Assembly (NCBI RefSeq): GCF_009914755.1
Contig: NC_060941.1
DNA length: 64,000 nt
Strand: one strand, 5' to 3'
Source of the DNA: the human T2T-CHM13v2.0 reference genome, Homo sapiens
The notes beneath the pieces were generated by a model. The model ran no database searches and was not told the DNA's origin. It worked only from the letters and a program-made list of their open reading frames with translations. Every line of letters starts with the position of its first letter. Within the stretch, counting starts at the first letter, position 1. A program made the position numbers and the translations under genes. Shown piece after piece: positions 27,042 through 44,290 of this stretch.

Positions 27042-28332
27042 GTTACCAACCCTTCCAGATAAATCACGTGAAATATCGCCATTAACAGAGTGAGCTCAGG
27101 TGGTTCTTCAGTGCATTTCTGATACCTGAACCTTCCCTGGGAATTTCACAGACCATCAGGCTCTCCACCCTTTGATAGCAGGATAGCAGGGCCCAGGTTC
27201 TGCAGGAGGAGATGTTACCACAGGCCTGAAAGGGAGGGAGGGGCAGATGCTACAGGAAGATGCTGGCTCTGGATTCGCTGGAGGAGCTTTCAAGGGAAGT
27301 AGATACACACTGTCTCCATCATTTCATGTCCATCACACTCTAAAATGCTTTGGACAAGAAGCAAATGTTAAAGACAAATGTGGCCCATTTTCCTGTACAA
27401 AGAGGGCTGCTCCCATGCCAGGCTATTGGCACTGGTGGGCATGAGGCTTCTCTGCTGCCCTGGCCGGGGGGTTCTCTCACTCACCATTGGCTCTCTGACA
27501 CCTGGAGAGACCACCACCCTTGGGCTTTCATGATGCTCACAGAATCCACACTGTTGGAGCTTTAAGGAGCCTGGATCAACTGGAACAGGCAGGGAGTACT
27601 AGGACAGCCCAGCATTGCCCCAAAATATCCAGGCCTGATAAAAGAGAAAAACAGGTAGCTCACAGGAAAAGGATAAAAAAAGGAGGAGGGATTTAACATG
27701 AAAAGGTGCTTGATCTCCCTCATAATAAAAAGACTGCTGATTCCATCCAGGCAAGTGACAGAAAAAAAAAATTTAATTTAAAAAGACTGCTGATAAAACC
27801 ACAGCGAGACACTGCTGCTCAGGGATCTGAGGGTGTGGGCAGCCAGGCTGCCACGCATCATGGGTCGGAGAGGAAGACCACACCCCTGGAGCAGAGGGCG
27901 GCTGATCTGTCAGATGCCCTTTGACAGCACCTCAGCTTCCAAGAATTAACCCTTTCTATGTGAGCAGAGGCATCCATGGGGGGACACACTGGTGAATCAT
28001 CTGTTATGTAGAAGTCTGGAAAACATCAGGATGGAACTGGTGAAATAAGTGTGGCCTCTGACGGAATGGAGCGGTCCGTCTGCACTGCTGCGGGTGCCCC
28101 TCAGATCCTGTGGGTCAGTGAGAAAAGCAGTGAGGAACAAGGCAGGTACTGTGTACTGTCCTCTGCGTGCAAGGAAGGCCAGCGCATGCAACAGAGTCCA
28201 CACAGACATAGCCTAACTCTGGAAGGAAGAATGAGAATGCAGTTTCAGTGGTGGCCTCTGGTGGGGAGAAACTGGGTGAAGGGAGATGTCATTTCCATTT
28301 CTCTACTATTAATTTTGTATTACCATGCTTAA

Positions 28333-28639
<307 letters not shown>

Positions 28640-28822
28640 AATTGCTTTTTAAAAAAGATTAAATGCATGTATACGCTCAGGCATCAGCACACTTGGAAAG
28701 GATGAAAATATCCGGAAGAAGGGTTCTTTTAAAAGGCTCCTCAAGTGATGCTGGCAGGCATGACGAATGTCCCTGGTCACAAAAGCTCTGATCTGGCCTA
28801 ACCCTGTCATGTTAGAGACTGG

Positions 28823-29253
28823 AGTGCGTGTGTGTGCGCGCAAAGTGTGGGGGGATGGGGGTGAGTGTGTGTGGTGTGTAAGCATGAGTGTGTATGTGTG
28901 TGGTGTGGGGGTGTGTGCTGTGTGAGCGTGTGTGAGTCTGTGTGTGTAGTGTGTGTGTGAAGTATGTGGTGTGTATGTGTGACGTGAGGTGTGTGTGGTG
29001 TGTGAGTTGTGTATGGTGTGTGCATGAGCATGTGTGTGGGCATGTGATGTGTGTGTGGTGTGTAAGCATGTGTGAGTGTGTATGTTTGAGCATGTGTGGT
29101 GTGTTGTGATATGTGTGTGGTGTGTGAGCATGTGTGTGTGATGTGTCTGTGTGTGGTGTGTGTGAGCATGTGTGTTGTGTGTGTGGTGCATGTGTGTGGC
29201 GTGTGAGCGTGTGTGTGCATTGTGTCTGTGAGCATGTGTGAGTGTGTGTGTGT
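28823..29253. repeat. ~430 bp degenerate (TG)n low-complexity tract
   Basis: TGTG runs with recurring GAGCATGTGTG and GTGTGGTGTG units. Confidence 0.97.
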
Positions 29254-31364
29254 TCAGCATATATAAGGCATGTAACTGAACACAGCACTTTAGAGGGCTC
29301 TCCTGGAGTCAGAGGGGGTGGGTAGGAGGAGAAGGGAGGTGGGCTAGTGTGCTGAAGTATCTACTCCTTGTCATAGTCTGTGACAACCCAGACTAGCCCA
29401 TGAGCCACCCTGTTCCCTGCATTTCCAATGAGACCTCGGTGGACATGTTCCCTGAGGTGAGGCTGACTGATGTCATTTGACGATCTTGATGCCAAATCCT
29501 TTTATATCAAAAACAACCAGAACACTCTCTTTTCTCTTAGTGCTTTCACCCAGATGACCACATTTCATCCTCCCAGCCACTCTGGGCCAGGTGGCACTGC
29601 TGGTTTGAAAGGGAGGTCTCCCCTGGAGTAACTTCCGTGGGCGGATTCACACCCTGCCCACAGTCCTGTCCCAGTCAGCCCACCATGGTGGTCTCCAGTT
29701 CCTCCAGAATTCCCGCTTTTCAGCTCATCCCCACATTCCCGGAGGGACTGAGAGCGCAGCCCCAGGGCCCTGCTCTTTGGGGGCCGTCTCTACACCCAGA
29801 GAAGCAGCAAGGCATTCCTAGGTTTCTCTTTCAGATGCAGAACTTCAGTGTTCAGAGATGTTCCCACTGGTCCTGAGAGGGCTCAGTTCAGCTTTAATGA
29901 CTGCGCTGTTGCGTGTGCTCTGCAGAGGGCGGGTGGCCCAGCGTGGCTGACTGCAGTTTTCCTGACGTGGAGCCCGAGCCTGCCCCGCTGTTTATTAATT
30001 AAGGATCACTCTGCTTGCAGAACCCTGAACTCCCCAGAACTGTGAGGTGGGAGAACCCCGAGAGGCCACCTGGCCCCACTTCCCACCTGCTGCCCAAACC
30101 CCCTCTCTGCCTTCCTGACAGTCACCCCAACTCCCAGTGATCCCCATCAACCATCTGACAAGGGGACTGAGAGGGAAGAGAAAGGAGGGGCCCAAAGAGG
30201 AAGGTAAAACTGTCGGGAACAGCCCCCAAATGTGTGACAGCCTTCAGTGGAGTTGCCCACTTTCCCTTTTCTCCTCCCTGCAGGACCTCCCTTCTCCCCA
30301 GTCCTCCCCAACTTCTGAGGTTACATTGAGAAAAGTCTGCAGAGAGGTGCCAGCATCACAAGGTGTTAAGGACCACGAGTTTGGCATTTTAACAGATGCC
30401 AGAGCCACTTGAGAAATGTGGTAACTAAGCCCAGAGAGGTACAGTTAACCTCCCCAGAGTCACACAGCAGGTTCATGGCAAAGCTGGACTAGCACAGGTG
30501 TCCTTCCCCTGCAGATCCCCTTCTGTGCCCCACATCACCTCCCTCCAGTGTCTGGGCCACCTGGAGATGGGCCCTCAGACTCACCCGGCCAGAGGTGCCA
30601 TCTCATGGGAGAGGTCTGGCCAGGAAGCATCGATATTTGAGATCCCAAGAAATGAAGACTTGGCCTGTCAGATGACAGACTTCGGTCATGGGAACACGTG
30701 ATCTGTTTTACACATGCGTCCCCTCAGCAGCAGCTTTCCAGAACATTCCCACTTTCTTCTGTAGTGAGAAGAACTCTTTCCCTGCAGCCTCCTGCCCAAC
30801 TCCTCCTTCAGTGTCTTTGCTTCAGTGTCTTTGATAAACCATTCTGCTTTGCAGAGTGCGAGCTCTGCCTTGCAGGGTTCGCATCTGCCTGTGCTGAGTA
30901 ACCAACGCTAAGGTCGAGTGGTCGGTCACCTCTCATAAGAGCTAGGGTTGTCTCATGCTGATGACTAGGACTTGCCCTCAAGGAGAAAAATAAATCAAAA
31001 CAAAAGCAAAAACAGCAAACATGCATCTCTTAAAGAAGGCTCTGAGTCCAGGTAAATTTCCTTCCACTGAAGCAGCCAGGCTGAATTCGAATTATCTTTG
31101 CCCCTGCTTAAAAACTAATGCAAATTTTCCTAGAGAATATCCACTAATTCCTGGAGGGGGCATGGGCATTCCTGATGCCCATGAGAGGACCATTTGCTCT
31201 TCCCTCAGTATGCTAAATAACAGAAGCGACATTTGTTGCTGGAAAGTATCAGTGAAGTTAATAAGGTTTTTCTTGCCCAGGGTGAGGGAACAGTTCCCAA
31301 TGACAAATGCTGTATGGGAAGGGGCTGTAGAACTGCCAGCCCCTTTGGTCCATCCGTAAAGTGA

Positions 31365-31910
<546 letters not shown>

Positions 31911-31974
31911 TAAGAAATGGATATGAGATGCATTTACCTGTCTCTTCCTGCCACTCTGCAGAGCCAGTAAGATG

Positions 31975-32200
31975 TGGTGGAAAGGGCCCAGGCTTTGGAG
32001 GAGGGCTGGCTGGGGTTGGATCTTGGCTGCCCCCTACTAGCTGTGTGACCTTGGGTAAGTAGCTGGACCTCTCTGAGCCTGGTTCGGAATCATAGCACCT
32101 CTCTTTCAGGGCTGCTGTAAGGAATAGCAGTGGTGTGTATAAAGCAGAGCGCACAGCCAGCAACTGGCCCCTAGCCACACTGCTGAGCACCTACTGTGAT
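31975..32200 (+). mobile_element. MIR
   Basis: CTACTAGCTGTGTGACCTTGGGTAAGT...ACCTCTCTGAGCCT core. Confidence 0.75.
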
Positions 32201-32315
32201 AAGCTGCCATTGTGGTGTGTGAAGCAAAGGGGAAACATGCCTGCTGTAGTGAGCTTCCTGTAGGGCAGGTTGTAGAACCAGAGGTGGGTTCCAAGGTTAC
32301 AAAGGGACTCTTAGT

Positions 32316-32398
32316 GTATTAGTCTGTTCTCACATTACTATAAAGACCTACCTGAGACTGGATCATTTATAAAGAAAAGAGGTTTAATTGGCTCACAT
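32316..32398 (-). mobile_element. MST/THE1 MaLR LTR fragment
   Basis: TGTATTAGTCTGTTCTCACATTACTATAAAGACCTACCTGAGACTGG...GGTTTAATTGGCTCAC, truncated at the Alu. Confidence 0.8.
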
Positions 32399-32399
32399 T

Positions 32400-32745
<346 letters not shown>

Positions 32746-33248
32746 CTATATGGTCTGTGGTACCTTGTTGTGGGACTGGGAGTCTTGGCGTCTCCCTGAC
32801 CCTGCCTGTTGCTGCAGCACCGCTCAGCCCTGCCTGCTCCCTACCTGCCTCCCCTCGGCCTCTCCTGCCTCCACCGGGCCCCTGGTGCCTCCTCTAGAGA
32901 CAGTCCTCCTGGGACCGATTGTGTTCTCACTTACACGAGGCATCCAGGACTACAGATAACCAGAGGAAGGGGCGCCCCCCCCGCCTGCCCTCCTCCCTGG
33001 CATCCTCACGCTGCAGAGGTCAGAGCCTCATCCCAGCCCCTTACCTGCCCCTACTCTGTGGAGAACCGTGGTCAGTTCGCCAGGCCGGATCCACGAACGG
33101 CCTTGTGGAAGATGGTGAGCTCACACCCAGAGCTGGCTCCGATGACCCTGTCTCCTTTACATGTTTCTACCTTCCCCTCCCTACCTTCCCCCACTGCTGG
33201 GCGCAGAGTGGAGGCAGATGAGGTTTAAAGCTCAGAAGGGCTTAAACG

Positions 33249-33923
<675 letters not shown>

Positions 33924-35625
33924 CTAAGGCTGTGACAGCTAACATGTTCCTGAGTCCTCTCATTTCTTCACCATAATGCCCTGTTGAGTTTGCAGATACT
34001 GTCTCTGTTTTTATCTCCCGGGGAAACTGAGGCTCAGAGTGGCTAGGCCACCTTCCCATGGTCCCTCAGCTCATGAGGGCCACACAGGGCATTGCGGTGG
34101 CCTTCTCCTCAGCCTTGACCCTCCGGCCCCAGCATTGCTGCCTCAAGGGGTCTCCTCTGCTGAGCCGTGCACCTTCTGCCTGGCAGCTCCAACTCTGTGG
34201 CTGTGTTCAGTGGCTCAGCACTGCCCCTTGACCCTCCCTGGCCTTCTGCGGATGCCAGACTGGAGCACTCTGACAAGGTCTGGGGTGGTTGTATGGGTCC
34301 TGTGACCTCTATACACCTCCCAGTGCCTGGGAATCCTGCAGATACACCCTCCTTAGCCGTCCCTAACCATAGAGGACATTTCTGAGGTCCCCGAGAGAGT
34401 GGGGCACCCCTGCAGGATCCAACTGCTGGGCCCAGGAAGGATAGCAGCAGCATGAGGGGTTCCATTAGCCACAAACTCACGGCATGGAACCTTCACCCAC
34501 CTCGCCCCTCATCTGCTGTTTAGCACCTGGCACGCCGTGTATACTTACTGATTATTACATTTTAATGGCAAATTATAGTGGCAAACGTATGCATCTTTGC
34601 ACAATTGTTGTACAGCATGATGAACAAGTCATTAATAGTAAAGAATAAATGTGAAAGTGAGAAAAATCTGACTGCCAAAGTTTTTACTCCTTCCTTCCCT
34701 CCCCAGACTTTTAAATGAAAGTTTAGGGATAATCCCTTAGTTGTCCTGCTAGTAGGACTTGCAATTAAAAGAATTGGGCCAAGAACACTTCTACGCTTCT
34801 CCTTTTAGGTTTGGGTGTAAATTCGGGGTATTTCTCACTGATGAAAGCCTGGTGCAGGGCAGACCGTGGGAAGCTTTCATTTCCGGAATGGACCATCAAC
34901 ATCCCTTGGAGAAGAATTCTCTTCTCCAGACCCAGACCTGGTGTCCTGGCACCCATTGGGCAAGTGGGTCCTAGAAGACAAACCTGGTCAGAGCCTGGAG
35001 GCTGCTTAGCATTCCCCACGCACATTAGCAGCTCGGAGAGCTCAGGAAGCCGCAGCCCCTCCTTGCCTCACCAGCCTGGATCAGGACAGCATCCCCTGGA
35101 AGACACACAGGGCCTGGCCTCTGATTACCCAGCCTGGAGGGAAAGCTCAATCGAGCATCATGTCACCCGGTGCCCCCATGCAGGGTGGCACTGGTGAGAC
35201 CCCCAAGCCAATGATACCACCTCACAGGAGTGCAGGCCCATTGTGGCCAGATCATCTTGACTTTTCAAGATAAATCAGAAATCGTATTTCCATGAGATAT
35301 CCCTATTTGCAAGTGATGGTGACTAAATTAGAAGTTTTTGAATATTGTAACATGTTCGTAGGCTGTTTGTCTGGTTTAAACTCTATCTGGAGGAATTCAA
35401 GCTAGACTTCAGGAATAACTTCTTGAGGCAAGGATTTTGAGACCTTAGGGAAAGAAGGACGTCTTGGGGGTATTCTGACTGTTGTCCTCCTGGAAGGGAA
35501 GAACAGAGAACTAGAAGACTGCCCTTAGCGAAGTTCAAAGCACCTAAGCCCGGGACCCTCAGCAAGTGTTCTTGAGTCACAGATTCTCCCTGAGGCGCCT
35601 CTTTCTGGCTCCATAGAATGGCTGA

Positions 35626-35871
<246 letters not shown>

Positions 35872-36109
35872 TAACTCTGTGACTCTTGTTACAAAGGCCT
35901 TATATTTTGCTCTTTGAGGGTGGTTTTGGTTTGATGCCTGTTGGTTGCCATCTTTTAACTAGGGATGTTTTATCAAAATGCCCAGCCAAAGTGTCCAAAC
36001 AAATTATACCTTAAAGTTTGAAAATGTCTGGCACTTCTAATTCAATGCCTGTTGTGCCAGGCACTGGGCTGCTGAGGAACTGAGTCCCGTCCCTGCAGGC
36101 TAGCTAGAG

Positions 36110-36110
<1 letters not shown>

Positions 36111-36143
<33 letters not shown>
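36111..36143. repeat. (CA)~16 microsatellite
   Basis: Perfect run. Confidence 0.97.
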
Positions 36144-36147
<4 letters not shown>

Positions 36148-36579
36148 GGTCTTACAAGTCAGTTTTATATTCTACCTATATGCAATAAAGGTATTATTAT
36201 GTTGAGGTGCCTTGATATAAAAATTTTTCTTAAAGGAGAGGATGCCTAAAACAGGCATTACCTGAAACCTCCTCTCTCCAGCATTGGTTGTCTTCTGTCA
36301 TGACTCAGGGTTTTCACTGAGAATGGGATGGAAATGTGGTCTAAAGATAGGGCCAATGTTGGGACTGGATCCCCTCTGGGAAGTCAGACCAGGCTAGGGC
36401 AGGTCCTTGAAGCCATCAGGAAAAGCCTCTGGAGCCAGAAACAAAACAAAAAAAAAATGGTGTTAACTAAACTCAGTCTCAAATCCTGAATAGGACTCAA
36501 GTCAAGCAAAATAATTAAAGGAGTTAGCAAAGGGCAAGTCAGAGAGACCGAGCAACACCAATGTCTTCCGGGAGCCCTG

Positions 36580-36820
36580 TGGCGAGTGACAGAGCCTGGA
36601 CTCTGGAGTAGAACTCATCTTGTGTCTTCTTCTGCCACTCGTTAGCTGGGTGACCTTGAGCCAAGCCCCTTAACCTCTTGGACCCTATGTTCTTATCTCT
36701 AAGTAGGGGCTGGTAATATCTTCCCCTTTGAGGAATGCCCTCTAAGGGGTGTTGTGAAGATTCGGTAAGGTGGCAGGGGTAGGACTCCTGGCCAGAAACA
36801 GGCACATAATAAATGCTAAG
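36580..36820 (+). mobile_element. MIR
   Basis: AGAGCCTGGACTCTGGAG...CTCTGCCACTCGTTAGCTGGGTGACCTTGAG. Confidence 0.7.
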
Positions 36821-37404
36821 TCTCTCCTTCTCTCCACCTGCTGGATGCTGTAGATACTAAGGATTTCGATGTGAATGAGACAAAACCCCTGCCTTCCAGG
36901 AGCCTTTGAGAATCAGAGAACTAGACCCATTTCCAGAACAAGGGGATGCAGGGTCTGGATAAAGTTTTGGGGATCAATAGAGCAGAGGGCTCCCAGAGGA
37001 TCCCATAGGGTTGACTCCTAACTCAAGGGCATGAGACAACCCCCAGGAAGGGCACCCTGGAAGGGGTCCGGCTGTCCCTGATTTACTTGTGGGCACTGGG
37101 GGAATGCCCGGAGCCATCCAGCCCTCAGGGCTCTGTGTGATTCTGGGTTCCTCCCATAAAAGATAATCAGATTCTTTCACGTTAATGTCTTTCTCCACCT
37201 CATTGCACATCATGCAGCTATTCATTGACTCAGCAAGTATCAGCTTTGCATGCGACCTTGGCCTACCCACTTTAGCTTTTAGTAATAGCTCCCTTCTTGA
37301 ATAATACAACCAGTGGGGAAACAGAACCTAACTCTTACCTCTGGGAGGCTTATTTGCTTTGAGAACATATGTCCTGCAGTTTTGTTCATATGGCAGTGAA
37401 GTTT

Positions 37405-37635
37405 CGTGCACACACTCTAGAGCCAGGCAGCCTGGGTTCAAAGCGCAGCTCTGCCAGGTCCTAACTGCATGAATTTGGGCAAGTCGCTCAACCTCTCCAT
37501 GCCTGAGTTTCCTCATCTGTAAGATTGGAGCAATGGTAATACCTGCTTTTTAGGGTTGAGAAGAGAATTAAATGAATTAAGATGGGTAAAGTGCTTAGAG
37601 TGGAGCTTTGCAAGTAGTAAGTGCTATGTAAGTGT
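37405..37635 (+). mobile_element. MIR
   Basis: TTGGGCAAGTCGCTCAACCTCTCCATGCCTGAGTTTCCTCATCTGTAAGAT core. Confidence 0.8.
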
Positions 37636-39039
37636 TCGATTTAAAATGAAAGACCCTTAAATACATTCTTTGTTCATTTCACAAGCCCTTCATTTCACAA
37701 CCTTACATTTCACAACCAAGCTCTGTCTCCCCTGGAATCCAGCCATAACTCTGCTCACAAGTGTGAGACAGGCCCCAGCAGAGCTGCACGAAGAGGAGAG
37801 AAGGCAGCCCCCCAGACTCCCAACCCCCTGTCCAAGATGGCAAAACCAGAACACAGCCTCTGTACCACCCCAGCAGGTATTCAGAATCTGCAATCTCCAA
37901 AGCCCACTTCAATTGTAAATGTAGAGCCACGTGCGCTTTAAGTCACCTGTCACTCTGGAGGCTCTTTTGCTCAGTTCCTCACCATTAGCAGGGATGACAG
38001 GGAGTGCAGGAGTGCGGTCGACTCCCAGATATTGGAGAGCGCTGGGCTAGCTGCCCATTCTCCCGGCCTCCACTCCTCTTTGCTGTCCAGCCATCACTTG
38101 CTCTTTGAAGGCAAACAAAACAGAAAACAGTGCCAAAAGTATGGGAAGAAAGCCAGCTTCTCCCCTGGGGTGCCTGTGATGCCATGCCCACCCTCCCTGA
38201 CCACGCAGCCCCTGTGGACCCTCAGGGCCCCAAGCCCCCATTTCCATCACATGCGTACACCCATGTGTGTCCATAGCCGCCCATCTCAGTCAATAAGGCT
38301 GCTCCTGCCCACTTGGAATAGTGGTGACAACCAGGAGTGGCTTATGGGAACTATCCCAATGGCCTGACAGCATGTCCGCTGCAAACCGCTGAGGTAGGAC
38401 ACTGCCCTCATGTCTAGCTGATCAGCAAGAGGCGCAGTTGCTTTCTTAGGTAACATTGCTGCTGTGTCCTGGCCATTGCTGGGGGGTGGCACTTAATCTA
38501 CACCAGAATTTTCCCTCCTGTATCTTCCAAGCTGCTTGGATCTTGGTGCTGAATTAGGTTGGACTTTGTCTTGTGGGGAAGGGAGGACTATAGACCCTCA
38601 ACGTAAGCAATGGTCAGACTATTCTAAGAAAACTCGCCGAATTAAAGCATGAGGTAAATTTAGTTCTGACTTCTGTCCACCCCACTGCCACTGTCCCCTT
38701 TTATCCCATGATCCCTTGCTTTTCTTTTCCTCCTCTCTCCCTATCTCTTGTGTTTGACGCATGATAGGAATTCAGAAATATATGTTTGTGGATTTGTTTA
38801 TTCACGTAGCAAACCATTTCTTGAGTGCCTACCATGGGCCAGGTAGAATGGGCGGCCCCGGGCTGCAGTGGTTTCTTCAGCCCCTCTCCAGGGTTTACAC
38901 TGTGCAAGACGGTTTGTGATGGGTCCTCCCATCGAGGACCACACTCTTCTTTCTCTGTGCCCCTTGGTCCTCAGTCTCTGACCCCACTTCAAAGGCAGCA
39001 TTCACTCAGGGAAGCTCCCATACAATGCTAGTCAGAGTA

Positions 39040-39510
39040 AAAGTTTGGACAAATTGCCAGGAAGCAGTTTGTCAGTATGCATAAACAGCCTTTAAAATAT
39101 TACTACTCTTTGACCCAGAATTTCACTTCTAGGAATCTGTCCTAAGGAAGTAGTCACATGCAAAAGATTTATGTACCAAGATGTTCATCAAAGTGTTGTT
39201 TTATAACAGGAAGTCTCAGAAGCTGGATAAATATCCAACCTCTGGAAATGGTTAGATAGAATAGTATGTAGCCATTAGAAAATTATGTCTATGGGGTTTA
39301 AAATGTCATGGGAAAACACTTCTGACATAAAAGAGCATGAGAACTGTATATTTAGCATAATCTTAACTATGTTTTAGAATGCACAGGAAAAAAATGTACA
39401 AACATATTCATAGTGATGTCTCTGGTGGTAGGATTATGATCAGTAAGTACTTCTGTCTCTTCATATTTTCCTGTATTTGATAATACATGCATATGTTGTT
39501 TTTAAAATAA
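39040..39510 (+). mobile_element. Old L1 (L1M/L1ME) 3' remnant
   Basis: CTTTGACCCAGAATTTCACTTCTAGGAATCTGTCCTAAGGAA...AAGATGTTCATC...TATGTAGCCATTAGAAA motifs. Confidence 0.75.
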
Positions 39511-39552
39511 GAAAAATTTTAAGTTTAAAATTGGAGCTGAAAAGTGTTTTTA

Positions 39553-39861
<309 letters not shown>

Positions 39862-39912
39862 TTAAACAGTAGCAGACATAACTATATAATCCTTACTAAG
39901 CTGTCGGTCAAA

Positions 39913-40236
39913 TTTTTATTTATATATTTATTTTATTCATTTATTATTTTTAGACAGGGTCTCACTCTGTTGCCCAGGCTGGAGTACAGTGGCGTGATCA
40001 TGGCTCTCTTCAAACTTGACCTCCCGGGCTCAAGTGATCCTCCCATCTTAGCCTCCCAAGTAGATGGGACCACAGGTGCATACCACCACACCTGGCTAAT
40101 TTTTTTTATTTTTTATTTTTAGAGATGGTGTTTACTATGTTGCCCAGGCTAGTCTCAAACTCCTGGGCTCAAGCTATCCTCCCACCTCGGCCTCCCGAAG
40201 TGCTGGGGTTACCAGCATGAGCCACTGTACCCAGCC
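39913..40236 (-). mobile_element. Alu (AluJ-like)
   Basis: Antisense dimer; flanking TCAAATTTTTA duplication. Confidence 0.9.
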
Positions 40237-40507
40237 CTCAAATTTTTAAAAATCTATAAGAGACATTATTGGACAATTAGAGAAATTCACATATGGACTT
40301 ATAATAGTATCAGAGTGTGTGGTGTGATGGTTCTGGAGGGAATGGACTTTTTCTTTGGAGACAGGCTTTTCTATGCCCACCCTTTTATCTTGCTAACTTA
40401 TCATCATCCAGGTTCCAGCAGAAACATTACTTCCCCCAGGAAATTTCTTAAGGGTGCAGTATCATGATGTCTGCAGCAAATTCTCAAATAGCTCAGGAAA
40501 AAAGTAC

Positions 40508-40675
40508 GTGTGTGGTATGAGTGTGTGTATGTATGTGTGTATATATATACACATATATACACATATATATACATATATGTGTATATATATACATATATGT
40601 GTATATATATACACACACATACACATATATATACACACACACATACATACATGTATTTTTATATAATTATATATG
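40508..40675. repeat. Compound (TG)/(TA)/(CA) microsatellite
   Basis: Alternating purine-pyrimidine tract. Confidence 0.95.
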
Positions 40676-41342
40676 CAGAGAGTGCAAATGTTGCCAAGTT
40701 AAAGATTGGTGAGTCTAGGTGAAGGGAATATGGTATTTATTGTATTATTTGTGCAACTTTTCTTAAGTTTGAAAATTTTCAAAACAAAAAATTGGAGGAA
40801 GAAGGCATGCCAGTCTACCCCAAGCCCTCCATTGGAATGCTGAAAATCTAAACAATGTGATTTGGCAATTTCATTTCTTTTCTGTTGTGGGCCAGTAGTC
40901 CTTAGATGTTGGGGAAGGGGGTAGTCGCTGAGGTGTGGTTGACTTAGGATGGAAGAAGCAGAAGTCAAGACTCCCAGGGTCAAAGTGGTTTGCTCTGCTG
41001 ACCCAAGTGTGGGAGGCCCAGAGTCAGCGTTTCAGGTGTGCTAATTCAGCATGGTTCTATTCACGGCCAAAGTCCACCCTGGGCACCTCTCTGGCAGCAA
41101 TCTTGGGTGACTCTACTAAGGCCAGGCCTCCATGACCCTATGTCTGGATCCCATATCTCCACCTCTCCCACTGTCTCAGGAACGGTGCTTAGCTTTTTCT
41201 TTTCCCTCTCCTGTCTTCTTTGCCAGCATGTAGAAAGTTTAAATAATTCCCCTCTTTACAACAAAACAAAACATACCCCCTTCAGTCAACCACCCTAGCT
41301 CTCTTCTCCTTTTCCCAGCCAGATTTTTTTAAAAGCATCCTA

Positions 41343-41739
<397 letters not shown>

Positions 41740-42189
41740 CTAACCAGTTGTCTCAGTTAACAAGGACAGGTTTATGCTGCAGTGACAAACAAGATCCCAA
41801 ATTCTTGTGGCTTCACACATCTGGCACCACCTCATCTTCCAGCCTTAGGAGTCATCTTTTAGTTCCTTGAAAACTCTTTACAGTTTTCTGTTGGGGCCTT
41901 GTCATATACTATTCCCCTGGAATGTTCTTTCCTATCCCCTCCCTTTCACCTTGCTAACTTGTGCCCATCCTTCAGGTCTCAGCAGAAACATCACTTCCTT
42001 GGGGAAGTTTTCTCCAACACCCACACTACACAGGTGTCCCATCTACACTCCTATGACTTTGTGGTACTTGTCTCACTTCATTTTCCACTGCCTTCCCCAC
42101 AAGGCACCTGCACAAGGGCAAGGACCGTACCACTGTACCTATGTCACTCATTGCTGTGGTCACCTGCACTCTGGCTGCCTACCTTAACT

Positions 42190-42686
<497 letters not shown>

Positions 42687-43744
42687 CTGCCTTGTGCTTC
42701 ACATTTAAAACTTTTTTTTAATGAATAAATAAACCCCAAAAAATTAATCTCCCTAAGCCTCCCTAGAAGATAGGATGGTAAGGATATTTTCCTAGGTAAA
42801 AATATGTTAATTTCATATTTCATGAAATTTCATGTTTCATTTCAATCAAGCTCTGTCATACACCTTACATGGGGCAAGCCCAGTGCCTGGGCAGGGTGTA
42901 ATTATACTCATTACACAGGCAAGGAAAAGTCACATTAGGTGATGGAGCACAAATAGGCAGTTAATGGTTTCAGGGCTAGTTAGGATATGTTTGTCTTTCA
43001 ATTGCAAGTAATAGAAGCCCAAAGAAATTGGTTATTTATATAATATAATTGATTGGTTCCCAAATTTGAAAAATTCAGGAATAGACCCAGCTTAGGTACA
43101 GCTGGATCCAGTCACTCAAACAATGTCACAAAGAACCCTTTGACAGGAATGTATCCTGTGTTGACTCTACTTTGCTCTGAGTAGTCTTTCCCCAGGTGAT
43201 GATAAAAATGGTCATCATCGCCAGGCTTGTGTCCTGTTTAGTAGGAATATACAAGAAGAGCTCAGTAAATGCTGGCCCCACCACTAAGCAAAAACAAAAC
43301 TTTTGTTGTTGTTATTGTTGTTTTAAATAACAGCTTAGACCTTTCTTCTTTCCTTGTTATTCTCTTTCATCTGTAATCCAGTTTTCTACTTCTGAAGTAT
43401 AGAATGTTCTGATGATTTATTCTTCATTACCCACAACTTGCACATGTTTATTTAAAAATGCCAGGATTGCCTGGCCGTTGTGTGCTGTTAACCTTTGTTT
43501 GCTGTTAGTGGATCCCTGAAGTTCAGGCTCCCAGGGGAGCAGATAATGGGTATCCAGTTCCTGCAATATCCACCCTCTGGCAAGCCAAGTTCCTTCCTGG
43601 GTAAGGTTTTGCCTACCTGCATTCCTAGGGAAGTTTCTGGGCCTGACCATCAAGCCAGCTCTGAGAAGGGGTGCATAAGCCCCACCATGCTTTGGCTCTG
43701 TCCCTATAGAATATTTTATGTTGTTACTGAAAACTAAAGGAAGA

Positions 43745-44059
<315 letters not shown>

Positions 44060-44139
44060 CTAAAGGAGAGAGACTAAAATGATATCAGGTTCCTGGAGAA
44101 CAAACAGACATGATTTTGCTTCATGGCAGGACAGCCGGA

Positions 44140-44290
44140 AGAAGTGGGATTATATCCTCACATTACAAATAAGAAAACTGAGACTCAGAATGGTTAAGTC
44201 ACTTGTCCCAGGCCACACAGCCAGTAAATTACAGAAACAGAATTTGAACCCAAATCTTCCAGCTCCAAAGCTTGTGTTCTTTTCACTACC
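44140..44290 (-). mobile_element. MIR
   Basis: AGAAAACTGAGACTCAGAATGGTTAAGTCACTTGTCCCAGGCCACACAGC. Confidence 0.75.

Noticed and set aside
28649-29288. His/Thr-rich ORFs of 142-203 aa
   Set aside because: Translation of the (CA)-rich strand of a simple repeat.
37675-37717. 3 x CATTTCACAA short tandem repeat (similar micro-duplications at ~4889-4935 and ~30806-30833)
   Set aside because: Ordinary slippage duplications with no further structure.
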